Assembly: GCA_001799675.1 (NCBI GenBank)
Contig: MGTX01000032.1
Location: forward strand, 42,405-106,404
From: Elusimicrobia bacterium GWA2_66_18
GTDB taxonomy: Bacteria > Elusimicrobiota > Elusimicrobia > UBA1565 > UBA9628
Length of the DNA: 64,000 nt
Direction of reading: 5' to 3'
Within the stretch, counting starts at the first letter, position 1, and the number at the start of each line of letters is the position of its first letter. The notes beneath the pieces were generated by a model. It searched no databases. It had not been told where the DNA came from and was given only the letters and a program-made list of their open reading frames with translations. Of the stretch, positions 37,758 through 47,684 are shown in pieces. A program made the position numbers and the translations under genes.

Positions 37758-39554
37758 ATGTCCGCCACCGACATCGTCCACGCCGCCGATCCCGACTCGC
37801 AGGAGGCGCTCGACGCCCTCCGGCATTCCTGCGCGCACGTGATGGCGCAGGTCGTCCAGGAACTCTTTCCCGGAACCAGGATCACCATCGGTCCCGCCAT
37901 CGAGAACGGATTCTACTATGACTTCGACTCCGAGCATCGCTTCACGGAGGATGACTTCAAGGAGATCGAGAAGCGCATGCTCCAGATCGCCGAGGGCAAC
38001 CACCCCTTCGTCGGCAAGGAAGTCACCTACGAGGAGTCCAAGGCTTACTGGGCCTCCAAGGGCGAGACCTACAAGCTCGAGATCCTCGAGGGCTTCAAGG
38101 ACCAGAAGCTCACTCACTACACCCACTCGACTTTCACCGACCTCTGCCGAGGCGGCCACGCCCCGAACACGAGGTCCATCCGCCACTTCAAGCTCCTCTC
38201 CGTCGCGGGCGCCTACTGGCGCGGAGACGAAAAGAACGCGATGCTCCAGCGCATCTACGCGACCGCCTGGCCCAGCAGGGAGCAGTTGACCTCGCACCTG
38301 AAGATGCTGGAGGAAGCCAAGAAACGCGACCATCGCAAGCTCGGTCCCGCGCTCGATCTTTTCAGCATCCAGGACCTGGCGGGCCCGGGCCTCATCTTCT
38401 GGCATCCTAAGGGCGGGCGCGTGCGTCTGGTGATGGAGGACTGGCTGCGCGCCGAGGCGCTCAAGCGCGGCTACGATATGGTCTATACCCCGCACATCGC
38501 CAACGTGGACCTATGGCACACCTCAGGCCACACCAGCTTCTACCGGCAGAACATGTTCGGCGAGATCGAGGTGGAGAAGGCGGAATATCAGCTTAAGCCG
38601 ATGAACTGTCCGCTCCACATCCTCATCTACCAGAACTCCCTGCGCAGCTACAAGGACCTGCCCCTGCGCTACGCCGAACTCGGCACCGTCTACCGCTACG
38701 AGAGATCGGGCGTCCTGCACGGCCTCATGCGCGTGCGCGGCTTCACCCAGGACGACGCCCACATCTTCTGCACTCCCGACCAGATCGAGAGCGAGGTGTC
38801 GGGCTGCGTCGATTTCGCTCTTGAAGTCTTCAAGACCTACGGCTTCGAGAAGTACGCGATGGAGGTCTCTACCTGGGATCCTGAGAAGAAGGCGGACTAC
38901 TCCGGCGAGGTCGAGGAGTGGGATCGCGCGACCGGGGCGCTCGAGGCGGTGCTCAAGCGGCGCGGCATCGCCTACCGGCTCATGAAAGGCGAGGCCGCCT
39001 TCTACGGCCCCAAGATCGACATGAAGCTCATCGACGCGATCGGCCGCCCTTGGCAGCTCTCTACCGTTCAGTTCGACTTCAACCTGCCCAAGAAGTTCAA
39101 CCTGGAGTTCGTGGGCCGCGACGGCGCCCGCCATCGTCCGCTCATGGTGCACCGCGCCCTGTACGGCTCGGTCGAGCGATTCTTCGGCATTCTAGTGGAA
39201 CACTACGCCGGGGCCTTCCCGCTCTGGCTGGCCCCGGTCCAGGTGAAGATCCTCACGCTGACCGACGCGCAGAACACGGCGGCCGGAGAGCTGAAGAAGA
39301 AGCTCGACGAGGCCGGCCTGCGCGTCGAATGGGACGCCCGCTCCGAGAAGATCGGACATAAGATTCGCGAGGCGACCATGGAGAAGGTCCCGTACATGGT
39401 CGTACTCGGGCCCAAGGACGTCGAGGCGGGCACCCTGGCCGTGCGCCTGCGCGACGGCCGACGGAAGAACGCAGTGAGCGCCGACGAGTTTCTCCGTCAC
39501 CTGACCGAGGAGGTCGCCCGGAAGAAGCCGGCCTCCTCCTGGGAGACAGAATGA
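37758..39554 (+). CDS. thrS: Threonine--tRNA ligase (no N-terminal TGS domain)
   Basis: HSCAH, GFYYDF, DLCRGGH, RDHRKLG, KPMNCP, RVRGFTQDDAH, GSVERF. Confidence 0.98.
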   Translation: MSATDIVHAADPDSQEALDALRHSCAHVMAQVVQELFPGTRITIGPAIENGFYYDFDSEHRFTEDDFKEIEKRMLQIAEGNHPFVGKEVTYEESKAYWASKGETYKLEILEGFKDQKLTHYTHSTFTDLCRGGHAPNTRSIRHFKLLSVAGAYWRGDEKNAMLQRIYATAWPSREQLTSHLKMLEEAKKRDHRKLGPALDLFSIQDLAGPGLIFWHPKGGRVRLVMEDWLRAEALKRGYDMVYTPHIANVDLWHTSGHTSFYRQNMFGEIEVEKAEYQLKPMNCPLHILIYQNSLRSYKDLPLRYAELGTVYRYERSGVLHGLMRVRGFTQDDAHIFCTPDQIESEVSGCVDFALEVFKTYGFEKYAMEVSTWDPEKKADYSGEVEEWDRATGALEAVLKRRGIAYRLMKGEAAFYGPKIDMKLIDAIGRPWQLSTVQFDFNLPKKFNLEFVGRDGARHRPLMVHRALYGSVERFFGILVEHYAGAFPLWLAPVQVKILTLTDAQNTAAGELKKKLDEAGLRVEWDARSEKIGHKIREATMEKVPYMVVLGPKDVEAGTLAVRLRDGRRKNAVSADEFLRHLTEEVARKKPASSWETE

Positions 39555-42500
39555 AAATGATCGTCGCCGTCATGGTCGCACTCAGCCTCGCCTCGCCCGC
39601 GCGCGCCGCCTGGGGTTCCGTGACGCCGGAATTCAACGCCGCCGCCGAGGAGGCCTCCTTTGCCTCCGCCACCCAGCTCTTTCAGGAGACCGGGCGCGAC
39701 AAACTCGCCGTGGTCCAGGCCCTGGAGAACTTCATCGCCCAGTTCCCGCGCAGCCCCCGCGCGACGGACGCCGAGTTCCTCGCGGGCGAGGCCTATCTTC
39801 AGCACGCGCTGTCCATCCTTAAGTCGGAGGCGTCATCGAAGAAGGCCTCTTCGGCGCGATTGCTGTCGCCGAAGAACCCCGCCGCGGTCAAGGCCCTCGC
39901 GGGCGCGCGCAAGGCCCTCGAATCCGTCGCCCAGGACAAGAAGTCCGGGCTGGCCCCGTCGGCGCAATACCGACTGGGCGAGGTCGCCTACAACGACAAG
40001 GACTGGGAGAAGGCGGTGTCGGAATTCAATGAGGTCGAGCGCCGCCACCCTAAGTCATACCTCAACCCCGAAGCGCTGATGGGCATCATCTACTCCAACC
40101 TCGCCATGGAGCATTTCTCCCAGGCCGAGGCGAACCTCTTCCTCTTGGGCGAGACCTTCCCGACCTTCCTGCGGGAATCGGCCGTGCTCTATGCGCAGGG
40201 CGTCGTGGCTCTGCACAAGGGCGATTACGCCAACGCCGAGCGCGCGCTCAAGCAGGTCAAGACCCCGGAGGCCCAGTACTACCTGGGCAAGACCTACCTC
40301 CTCTCCAAGCGCGCCTACTTGGCTGCGGCCGCCTTCGAGAACCTCATCCGCGACTACCCGACTTCGGAGCTCAAGGAGGAGGCCCAGTTCTTCATCGGCG
40401 ATTCCTTCTTCCTGGCCGAAGACTTCAACGGCGCCATCAGCAAGTACCAGGGGTTCATCTCCCTTTATCCGGAGAGCCCCCTGCGCGTGTCGGCGCTCTT
40501 CCGCATCGGCTCGTCCTACTTCCAGAAGAAGGACTACGTCGAGGCGCGCGCCAACTTCCAGGCCGTGCTCGATCGCTACCCGAAGGACTTCTTCGCGCCC
40601 CTGGCGCAGTTATTCGTCGCCGAATCACACCTGATCGCGGGGCAGACGCGCGAGGCGCTCTTCGCCTTCACGAAGGTCATCACCCAGCACCCCGACGCGG
40701 TGAAGATCGCGCCCCTCTCCTTCTTCAAGCTCGCGTGGTGCCAGTATCAGGTCGGCGACTACATGCAGGCCATCCAGACCGGCAACAACTTCATGGCCCA
40801 GTACCCGAACCACGTCCTAGCCAAGAACGTCTACCTCATCGTCGGCAATGCCCAGTCCCAACTCAAGCGCTACGTCGAGGCGACCGCCACCTTCCAGCGA
40901 ATCATCGACCTGGCGCCGTCGTCGGACGTCGCAGAGCAGGCCCTCTTCTCCATCCTGAAGGGCCAATACGATCAGAAGGCCTTCAACTCGATCCTGACTT
41001 CCTACCAGTTCATCTTCCGCCACCTGCCTCCTTCGAAGTCGAAGTGGCGCAGCATGAGCTACCTCTACGCGGCCGAGGCCTACCTGGCGCTCAATCAGGC
41101 GGACGAGGCGAAGGTCATCTACGAGATGATCCTGAAGGTCTATCCCGACGACCCCGCCGCGTTCTACGCGCAGGACGGTCTGGCCTGGAGTCACTCCTAT
41201 AAGGGCGAGGACGCCGAGGCTTTGGAAGCGAGGCAGAAGCTCAAGGATATGCTGGCCGTGGCCGGCACATCATTCACCTTCTCGGGCTTGAACGAGCTGG
41301 GCATCGCCGACTCGATGTTCAACCAGAAGAACTACGAGGACTCCTACCAGCTCTACGCGAAGTTCGCCGCCGACAATCCGAGTTCACCCCAGGCCCCGGC
41401 CGCCCTCTACCGCGCGGCACGGAGCTCCTACCACCAGCGCTACTACACGCAGGCCATCGACCTATGGAAGAAGATGGTCGAGAAGTACCCCGACTCCCCG
41501 GACACCCCGCAGGCGCGCGCGCAGATCGCCGACACGCTGTTCCGCGCCCAGAAATACGGCGAGGCCATCTCGACCTATCGCGCCATCCTCGAGGCCGCGC
41601 CCAAGGGCCCTGCGGCGCCCTTGGCGCACCTGCGCATCGCCCAGGCCGCCTTCAACGTCAAGGACGACGCCGGGGCGGTCAAGGAGATCCAGGAATTGGT
41701 GGCCGCCTTCCCGGCCGCGCCCGAGGCCAACGACGGCCTCGACATCCTGGAGGGGGTCTTCGACCGTTCGCGCGGACACGACTATAGGACCAGCCTGCGC
41801 GCCATCGTGACCTCCCAGCCGGGCACGCCCATCGGCGGCGAGGCCCAGTTCCGCCTGGCGCGCCGCGCCTTCGAGGCGAAGGACTTCGCCTCGTCGGCGG
41901 CCGAGTTCCAGAAGTTCTCCGTGGACTTCACCAACCATCCCGAGGTCGCGAAGGCCCAGTTCCTGCTGGGCGAGAGCTACTTCAACATGGGCAGGCATCA
42001 GGACGCCATCTCCGCCTACGAACGCATCCTCAACAACTTCGAAAAAAGCGACGACACGTCGCTGGCGATCTTTCATCTGGCCGGCGCCTACTACGCGCTG
42101 GAGAAGTTCGACGAGGCCACGCGCTTCTACGCGCGCCTCCTCGATGAATACCCGGGTTCGGAGTACGGCGGCCCCGCGCAGTTCAACCTGGCGCTGGCGT
42201 ACAAGAAGTTGGGCAAGCTCGACATGGCCCAGTACGCCTACCAGAAGTACGTTGCGTCCGCCAAGCCCGAGGATCCTCAGGCGCAGAGCGCTTTATGGGA
42301 GACCTACCAGATCCAGAAGGACCGCAAGGACTACGATGGGGCGGCGGCAACGCTGTCGCAGATCCGCTCCTCGCCCAAGGCCGACGCGGAACTCATCATG
42401 GAGAGCTATTATCGGGAAAGCGAGGTGCGTCTCTCCGCCGGCCGTCCCGACGAGGCCCTGACGGTCTGGGAAAAGATGCGCGGCATGAAGCCTGCGGGCT

Positions 42501-42886
42501 CTCAGTACCGCCTGCAGGCCCTCATCAAGCTTGGCGAGCTGTATGAGAAGGCCGGCGACAACGCCTCGGCCGCAGGCGTCTACGAGGATCTGGCTAAGAC
42601 CGGCTCGAAGGACACGGCCAAGGCCGCGGCCGCGCGCGCGGCCGCCCTGCGTAAGGAGACGGGTCCGTCCAAGCCGGCCGCGAAACGCGCCTCGGCGACC
42701 CAGGACGTGGACGGGCAGGCGGCGCCCGAGGGGGGCGGCACTCAGGTCATGCCTGCCGACGACGAGACGCCCGCGCCCACGAAGGATGCGGTCAAGTCGT
42801 CGGTGAAAGGGCGTCGCGGCGACGCGGGCGCCAAGACGCCGGCCAAGGGGAGCGCGGAGCCCGCGCTTCCCGGCATGCCGAACTGA
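39551..42886 (+). CDS. Large exported TPR protein (CpoB/BamD-like repeats)
   Basis: Signal peptide; many A.F.LGE.Y...Y..A...Y......YP.S repeats; low-complexity tail. Confidence 0.9.
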   Translation: MKMIVAVMVALSLASPARAAWGSVTPEFNAAAEEASFASATQLFQETGRDKLAVVQALENFIAQFPRSPRATDAEFLAGEAYLQHALSILKSEASSKKASSARLLSPKNPAAVKALAGARKALESVAQDKKSGLAPSAQYRLGEVAYNDKDWEKAVSEFNEVERRHPKSYLNPEALMGIIYSNLAMEHFSQAEANLFLLGETFPTFLRESAVLYAQGVVALHKGDYANAERALKQVKTPEAQYYLGKTYLLSKRAYLAAAAFENLIRDYPTSELKEEAQFFIGDSFFLAEDFNGAISKYQGFISLYPESPLRVSALFRIGSSYFQKKDYVEARANFQAVLDRYPKDFFAPLAQLFVAESHLIAGQTREALFAFTKVITQHPDAVKIAPLSFFKLAWCQYQVGDYMQAIQTGNNFMAQYPNHVLAKNVYLIVGNAQSQLKRYVEATATFQRIIDLAPSSDVAEQALFSILKGQYDQKAFNSILTSYQFIFRHLPPSKSKWRSMSYLYAAEAYLALNQADEAKVIYEMILKVYPDDPAAFYAQDGLAWSHSYKGEDAEALEARQKLKDMLAVAGTSFTFSGLNELGIADSMFNQKNYEDSYQLYAKFAADNPSSPQAPAALYRAARSSYHQRYYTQAIDLWKKMVEKYPDSPDTPQARAQIADTLFRAQKYGEAISTYRAILEAAPKGPAAPLAHLRIAQAAFNVKDDAGAVKEIQELVAAFPAAPEANDGLDILEGVFDRSRGHDYRTSLRAIVTSQPGTPIGGEAQFRLARRAFEAKDFASSAAEFQKFSVDFTNHPEVAKAQFLLGESYFNMGRHQDAISAYERILNNFEKSDDTSLAIFHLAGAYYALEKFDEATRFYARLLDEYPGSEYGGPAQFNLALAYKKLGKLDMAQYAYQKYVASAKPEDPQAQSALWETYQIQKDRKDYDGAAATLSQIRSSPKADAELIMESYYRESEVRLSAGRPDEALTVWEKMRGMKPAGSQYRLQALIKLGELYEKAGDNASAAGVYEDLAKTGSKDTAKAAAARAAALRKETGPSKPAAKRASATQDVDGQAAPEGGGTQVMPADDETPAPTKDAVKSSVKGRRGDAGAKTPAKGSAEPALPGMPN

Positions 42887-42908
42887 TCCGGAGAGGTGAG
42901 GAGACCCT

Positions 42909-43523
42909 ATGGGAGAAATACACGTCCTCTCGCTCTTGAGCGAGAGCTTCACGCTGGTCATCATGCTCTTCCTTTCGGTGCTCTCGATCACCGTGGCGCT
43001 GGAGCGCTGGTGGTACTTTCGAGGCACGCAGGCCAAATCCGACGACATCCTGGCTGCGGTGCGCAAGCACATGGAGGGCGGCAAGCCCGACCACGCGGCG
43101 GCCTGGTGCCAGAAGCACCCCTCCGCGGTCGCCCAGGTCGTGGCCTACGGACTGATGCATGCCGCGCGTTCGCGCAAGGACCTGGAAGAACTGATGCTCT
43201 CGAAGCTCAAGGAGGAGCGTCTCAAGTTCGAGCACTTCCTGCCGGTGCTGGGCACGCTCGGCAACATCTCGCCCTTTATCGGCCTCTTCGGCACGGTCAT
43301 CGGCATCATCCGCGCCTTCCGCGACCTGGCGGCCTCCGGCACCGGCGGCCCCTCGGTCGTGGCGCGCGGCATCGCCGAGGCGCTGGTGGCCACGGCGGCG
43401 GGCCTCTTGGTCGCCATCCCGGCGGCCGTCCTGTACAACTACTTCATGGGGCGACTCAAGAAGGTCACCGTCGAGATGGAAGTGGCCAGCGCGCGCCTCA
43501 TCGTGATGCTCGGCGCGAAGTAA
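42909..43523 (+). CDS. MotA/TolQ/ExbB proton channel
   Basis: SPFIGLFGTVIGII, GIAEALVATAAGL.VAIPA. Confidence 0.95.
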   Translation: MGEIHVLSLLSESFTLVIMLFLSVLSITVALERWWYFRGTQAKSDDILAAVRKHMEGGKPDHAAAWCQKHPSAVAQVVAYGLMHAARSRKDLEELMLSKLKEERLKFEHFLPVLGTLGNISPFIGLFGTVIGIIRAFRDLAASGTGGPSVVARGIAEALVATAAGLLVAIPAAVLYNYFMGRLKKVTVEMEVASARLIVMLGAK

Positions 43524-43532
43524 GAGGCGATC

Positions 43533-43949
43533 ATGGCCGGCGCGGCTTCGAAGAACGAAGAACCGATCACCGCGATCAACGTCACCCCGTTGGTGGACGT
43601 GTGCCTGGTGCTCGTCATCATCTTCATGGCCGTGGCGCCCATGGCCGTGACCCTGGGCATCAAGGTCCTCGAGACGCGGCCTTCCGTCGCCGAGGGCAAG
43701 GCGTCCGTCGACGAGAACGTCGCGATCAAGATCGCCCTCGACGAGACCATCACGATCAACGGAGCCAAGACCGATCCGCTGACCTTCCGCCGCCAGCTCG
43801 ATGAGGCGCTCGGCCGCAGCAAGGACAAGATGGTGGTCGTGACCGCGGAAGCGGGCAATCGCGTCGGGCTGGTGGTCCAGGTCCTAGACGAATCGAAGCA
43901 GGCGGGCGCGCTCAAGCTCGCGGTCATGAAGACGGACGGGGGGATCTGA
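43533..43949 (+). CDS. ExbD/TolR family protein 1
   Basis: INVTPLVDVCLVLVIIFM. Confidence 0.93.
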   Translation: MAGAASKNEEPITAINVTPLVDVCLVLVIIFMAVAPMAVTLGIKVLETRPSVAEGKASVDENVAIKIALDETITINGAKTDPLTFRRQLDEALGRSKDKMVVVTAEAGNRVGLVVQVLDESKQAGALKLAVMKTDGGI

Positions 43950-44356
43950 TGGCCGCCGGCGTCATCGACGATGAGCCGATCACAGACATCAACATCACGC
44001 CCCTGGTGGACGTGTGCCTGGTGCTCGTCATCATCTTCATGGTGACGGCCCCGATGATGTCCGAGCCGCCCATCAAGGTGGAGTTGCCTCGCGCGCACAC
44101 GCGAGAGGGAGAGGAGAAAGATAAGATCACGCTGACTCTCTCAAAGGACGGAGAATACGCGGTGGATTACGAAAAGTTCTCGGACCCGAAGGTGATGGAG
44201 GAGCGGCTTAAAGAGAAGCTCCTGCAGAGCGATTCCAAGCTGGTCATCCTCCGGGCCGACCAGGACGCGCGCCACGGGAATCTGACGGACCTGATGGCCC
44301 GGGCCAAGGACGCCGGGGCGCTGTCCTTGACGATCGCCACGGAACAGAAGAAATGA
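43949..44356 (+). CDS. ExbD/TolR family protein 2
   Basis: INITPLVDVCLVLVIIFMVTAP, LRAD. Confidence 0.94.
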   Translation: MAAGVIDDEPITDINITPLVDVCLVLVIIFMVTAPMMSEPPIKVELPRAHTREGEEKDKITLTLSKDGEYAVDYEKFSDPKVMEERLKEKLLQSDSKLVILRADQDARHGNLTDLMARAKDAGALSLTIATEQKK

Positions 44357-44375
44357 CGGAGGGGTCTCAAAAGAC

Positions 44376-45416
44376 ATGACCGGACGTCTTCCCGCCTCGG
44401 TGACGCTCTCGCTCGGCCTGCATGCGGGCGCGCTCGTTTTGTTCCTGGGCATGTCCAAGGAGGCTCCCCGGCAGGCCCAGCGCATCGTCGAGGGCGTGGA
44501 CCTTCTCATCCAGGCGCCCAAGGCGCGCCCCGCCGTCTCGTCCGCCCCGCCGCTGTCCACCATGGATTTCCTCAAGATGGCCCTGCCCCAGATCCACACC
44601 GCCGCGCCCGCCGCGCTCCAGGTGAAGATTGCACAGCGCAAGATCATCCCGGTCGAGGCTCCCAAACTGGAAGAGAAGGCGCGGCGCGAGTTGGGTCCCG
44701 CACTGGAGGCCATAGACCTGAGCCATCAGCGGGTGGACGTCGCCAAGGTGGAAGAAAAGGTCCAGAGCCGCCGCGAGGCCGCGGCCACGCTCGCGTCCCT
44801 GCCGCGTCTGGAGGACGTGGGCCGCCGGAAGGTCAAGAACCTGCCCGAGGCCGTGGCCCTGGAGGAGCGCCGTCGCGAGGTCTCCGCCGCGGGCCTGGCC
44901 GAACTGACGCCTAAGACGGTCACGCGCCGCCAAGCCGTCGCCGCGATGGCGACTCTCCAAGAGGCCGCGCCTGAACGCAAGGGGCTAGGCTCGCTCGTGC
45001 CCGACCGGCCGCTCGCGATGGAGTCCAGACCCCAGGCCGCGATGGGGCCGAAGCTCGAGAAGATCTCAGCCATCGCCCCGAGGCTCGAGCGCCGGCAGGC
45101 CCAGGCCGCCGCCGGCGAGCGGAAGAAAGGCGTCGAGATCGAGGGGCCGTTGGCGGACCGCAAGGTTGACGCCTACACGGTCCCTTCCTTCCCGGCCTGG
45201 CTGCACAGCCAGGGAATACTCGAGGCCGCGGTCGCCGTCCGCTTCACAGTGAGCGAGGCGGGCGACGTCCTGCCGGGAATGCGGGTCGTGAACTCCTCGG
45301 GCTACGGCCGTCTCGACAAGCTTGCCATGGAGTCCTTGAAAAACTGGCGCTTCAACCCGAAGCCGGGCGCGGGCGTGCAGTGGGGCGTAATCACCTTTAG
45401 GTTCATATTGGAATAA
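44376..45416 (+). CDS. TonB-family energy transducer
   Basis: N-terminal SLGLH TM motif; C-terminal V.F.V...G.V...SSG...LD..A...L..WRF.P. Confidence 0.85.
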   Translation: MTGRLPASVTLSLGLHAGALVLFLGMSKEAPRQAQRIVEGVDLLIQAPKARPAVSSAPPLSTMDFLKMALPQIHTAAPAALQVKIAQRKIIPVEAPKLEEKARRELGPALEAIDLSHQRVDVAKVEEKVQSRREAAATLASLPRLEDVGRRKVKNLPEAVALEERRREVSAAGLAELTPKTVTRRQAVAAMATLQEAAPERKGLGSLVPDRPLAMESRPQAAMGPKLEKISAIAPRLERRQAQAAAGERKKGVEIEGPLADRKVDAYTVPSFPAWLHSQGILEAAVAVRFTVSEAGDVLPGMRVVNSSGYGRLDKLAMESLKNWRFNPKPGAGVQWGVITFRFILE

Positions 45417-45434
45417 CGGTCTGGAGGAACTCAT

Positions 45435-46367
45435 ATGATGAAAGCGATCTTCGTTTTCCTTTTCTGCGTGCATCCCCGGTCCTCGGCGGCCGCGGGCGCG
45501 CCCGTCGCCGGCGGCATGCCGGTTGAGATCGTCATCAAAGCCGAGGCCGGCGCGGGAAAGCTCAACGACACGAAGCCCGCGCTTACGATCGACATCGATC
45601 CCTTCGAGACCATCCGCCCCGCCCTCAAGCCCGACGAGAACCTCCTCCTCGCGGTCTCGCCGTTGACCGTCTCTTGGCGCCGCACGCACCCGGAGTTCCT
45701 GAGGAACGAGCGCGTTATCCAGCCTTGGCGCACGACCTTCAGCCAGCGCCCCGGCATCTCCTTCATGGTCCGAGATTCGCTGGAGACCCTGCTGGGCGGC
45801 AAGCTCGAGGCGAAGGATGCCAGGAAATGGGGCTGGCAGCTCACCATCGCCGATGAGGAAGGCCGCGTCTTTCATCACTACGAGGGCTCCGGCGATCCGC
45901 CTGAGGGATTGATCTGGAGCGGGCAGAACGACCAGGGCGAGTGGGTCCGCGCCGGCCGGTCCTACTCCGCCATCTATACCTTCACGAGCCCGGACGGCTC
46001 GCCGCGCACGAGCGTGGGCAAACCGATCCTCTTCAAGGGTATCGTCCACCAGGAGGACACGGGCCTGTACGTCAGCATGGACTCGTCGGCCCTCTTCGGC
46101 GCGAGCAAGAACAACGCCGCGCTCCAGTCTCCGACGGGGGTGGACGTCCTGCGCTCCGCCGCCGATCTCATCAAGCGCAAGTACTCCGCCATCCCCATTG
46201 CGGTGCGGGTCTTCGCCAACACCAAGGAGCTGGGCGACCAGCAGGCCAAGACCGTGCAGGAGTTCCTCCTGCGCGAGCTGATGGTGGCTAGTCGTCACAT
46301 CAGCACCGACGCGACCCGGGCCTCGTTCTCCGATCAGCGCGTCGAAGTGGTCCTCCTGAACCGATGA
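45435..46367 (+). CDS. Exported protein with Ig-like region and degenerate OmpA-like C-terminus
   Basis: WQLTI, IWSGQNDQG; ALF...A.L, C-terminal QRVEVVL. Confidence 0.6.
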   Translation: MMKAIFVFLFCVHPRSSAAAGAPVAGGMPVEIVIKAEAGAGKLNDTKPALTIDIDPFETIRPALKPDENLLLAVSPLTVSWRRTHPEFLRNERVIQPWRTTFSQRPGISFMVRDSLETLLGGKLEAKDARKWGWQLTIADEEGRVFHHYEGSGDPPEGLIWSGQNDQGEWVRAGRSYSAIYTFTSPDGSPRTSVGKPILFKGIVHQEDTGLYVSMDSSALFGASKNNAALQSPTGVDVLRSAADLIKRKYSAIPIAVRVFANTKELGDQQAKTVQEFLLRELMVASRHISTDATRASFSDQRVEVVLLNR

Positions 46368-47665
46368 CCGTCATGAGCATGCGCATTCTCACGACGGTCC
46401 TTCTCGCGGCGCGGTTCGCGGCGGCCGCACCTCTTGCCGACTTCGACCAGGGCGTGCGCGTCACGCCCCTCTTGGAAGACGCTCGCCGCGGCGCGAAATC
46501 CGAGCCCGCGTCCGATGAGGGCCCTCTCTGGATCAACCTGGGAAATTCCGACCTCGCCCTGGTCCGCGCGGCGGGCCTGTCGCTGGGCTCGCCGCTGAGC
46601 ATGAGCGGCTCGGCCGCCGTGTTCAAGGTACCAGCGGGCCTCCTGCCGCATCTGTCGGACTTCATGCACGAGACCTTCGGTCGCTGCGGCGGCTTCTTCG
46701 CCCACCGCACGCGCGTCGAAGCGGAATTGGCCCTGTCCGCCCGAGCGGCGACGAAGGGCGGCCCCTACACGCTCGACCAGCAGGCCTGGGTGTCGCCGCT
46801 CATCTCCCGCGTCGAGGAGGAGGGTATCCGCTCCACCATCGAGACCCTGGCCGCCTACCACAACCGCTACTACAAGGCAAACAGCGGCGTGGAGGCGGCG
46901 CGTTGGCTGCAGGGGCGCTGGCAGACGCTGGCCGGAGGTCTTCCGGGGGCGTCTTCACGGCTCGTCAAGCACGACGGCTGGAAGCAGCCCTCGGTGGTCT
47001 TGACCATTCCCGGCGCCGAGAAGACCGAGGAGGTCGTCATTTTGGGCGGTCACCTCGACAGCATCAACGGCTATGGCGGCGAGGCGGCCCGCGCGCCGGG
47101 CGCCGACGACAACGCCTCCGGCATCGCAGTGCTCACCGAGGCGGTGCGCGTGCTGGGCGCTTCGGGCCTGCGCCCGCGCCGGACCCTCCAGTTCATTGGT
47201 TACGCGGCCGAGGAAGTGGGCCTGCGCGGTTCGCAGGACCTGGCCAAGCAGGCCGCGCGGGAGGGGATGAAGGTGGTCGGCGTCATCCAGTACGACATGA
47301 CCAACTTCAAGGGTTCCGGCGAGGGCATCTTCCTCCTCAACGATCATGTCGACGCGGACCTGACCGCCTTCCTCGGCAAGCTCATCGAGGTCTATGCCGG
47401 CGTGCCGTGGGCGACCACCGAGTGCGGCTACGCCTGCTCAGACCACGCCTCTTGGACGAGGAACGGCTACCCCGCCTCCGCCGTCTTCGAGTCCACCGTC
47501 GACGGCAGGAACCGCGCCATCCACACCGAGCGCGACACCCTGGCCGCCTCGGGCGGCGGCGCCGAGCACTCAGTGGCCTTCGCCAAGCTCGCGGTCGCGT
47601 TCGCCGTCGAGCTCGCGAAGGCTTCTTCTGCGGCGTCGGTCCCCGCGGAGCTCACCCGCCGCTGA
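46364..47665 (+). CDS. M28 leucyl aminopeptidase (Vibrio Lap-like)
   Basis: RCGGFF propeptide, GGHLDS, PGADDNASG, AAEEVGLRGS, YDMT, CGYACSDH, IHT. Confidence 0.93.
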   Translation: MTVMSMRILTTVLLAARFAAAAPLADFDQGVRVTPLLEDARRGAKSEPASDEGPLWINLGNSDLALVRAAGLSLGSPLSMSGSAAVFKVPAGLLPHLSDFMHETFGRCGGFFAHRTRVEAELALSARAATKGGPYTLDQQAWVSPLISRVEEEGIRSTIETLAAYHNRYYKANSGVEAARWLQGRWQTLAGGLPGASSRLVKHDGWKQPSVVLTIPGAEKTEEVVILGGHLDSINGYGGEAARAPGADDNASGIAVLTEAVRVLGASGLRPRRTLQFIGYAAEEVGLRGSQDLAKQAAREGMKVVGVIQYDMTNFKGSGEGIFLLNDHVDADLTAFLGKLIEVYAGVPWATTECGYACSDHASWTRNGYPASAVFESTVDGRNRAIHTERDTLAASGGGAEHSVAFAKLAVAFAVELAKASSAASVPAELTRR

Positions 47666-47684
47666 GTGGCGCGCAGCGACAGTC

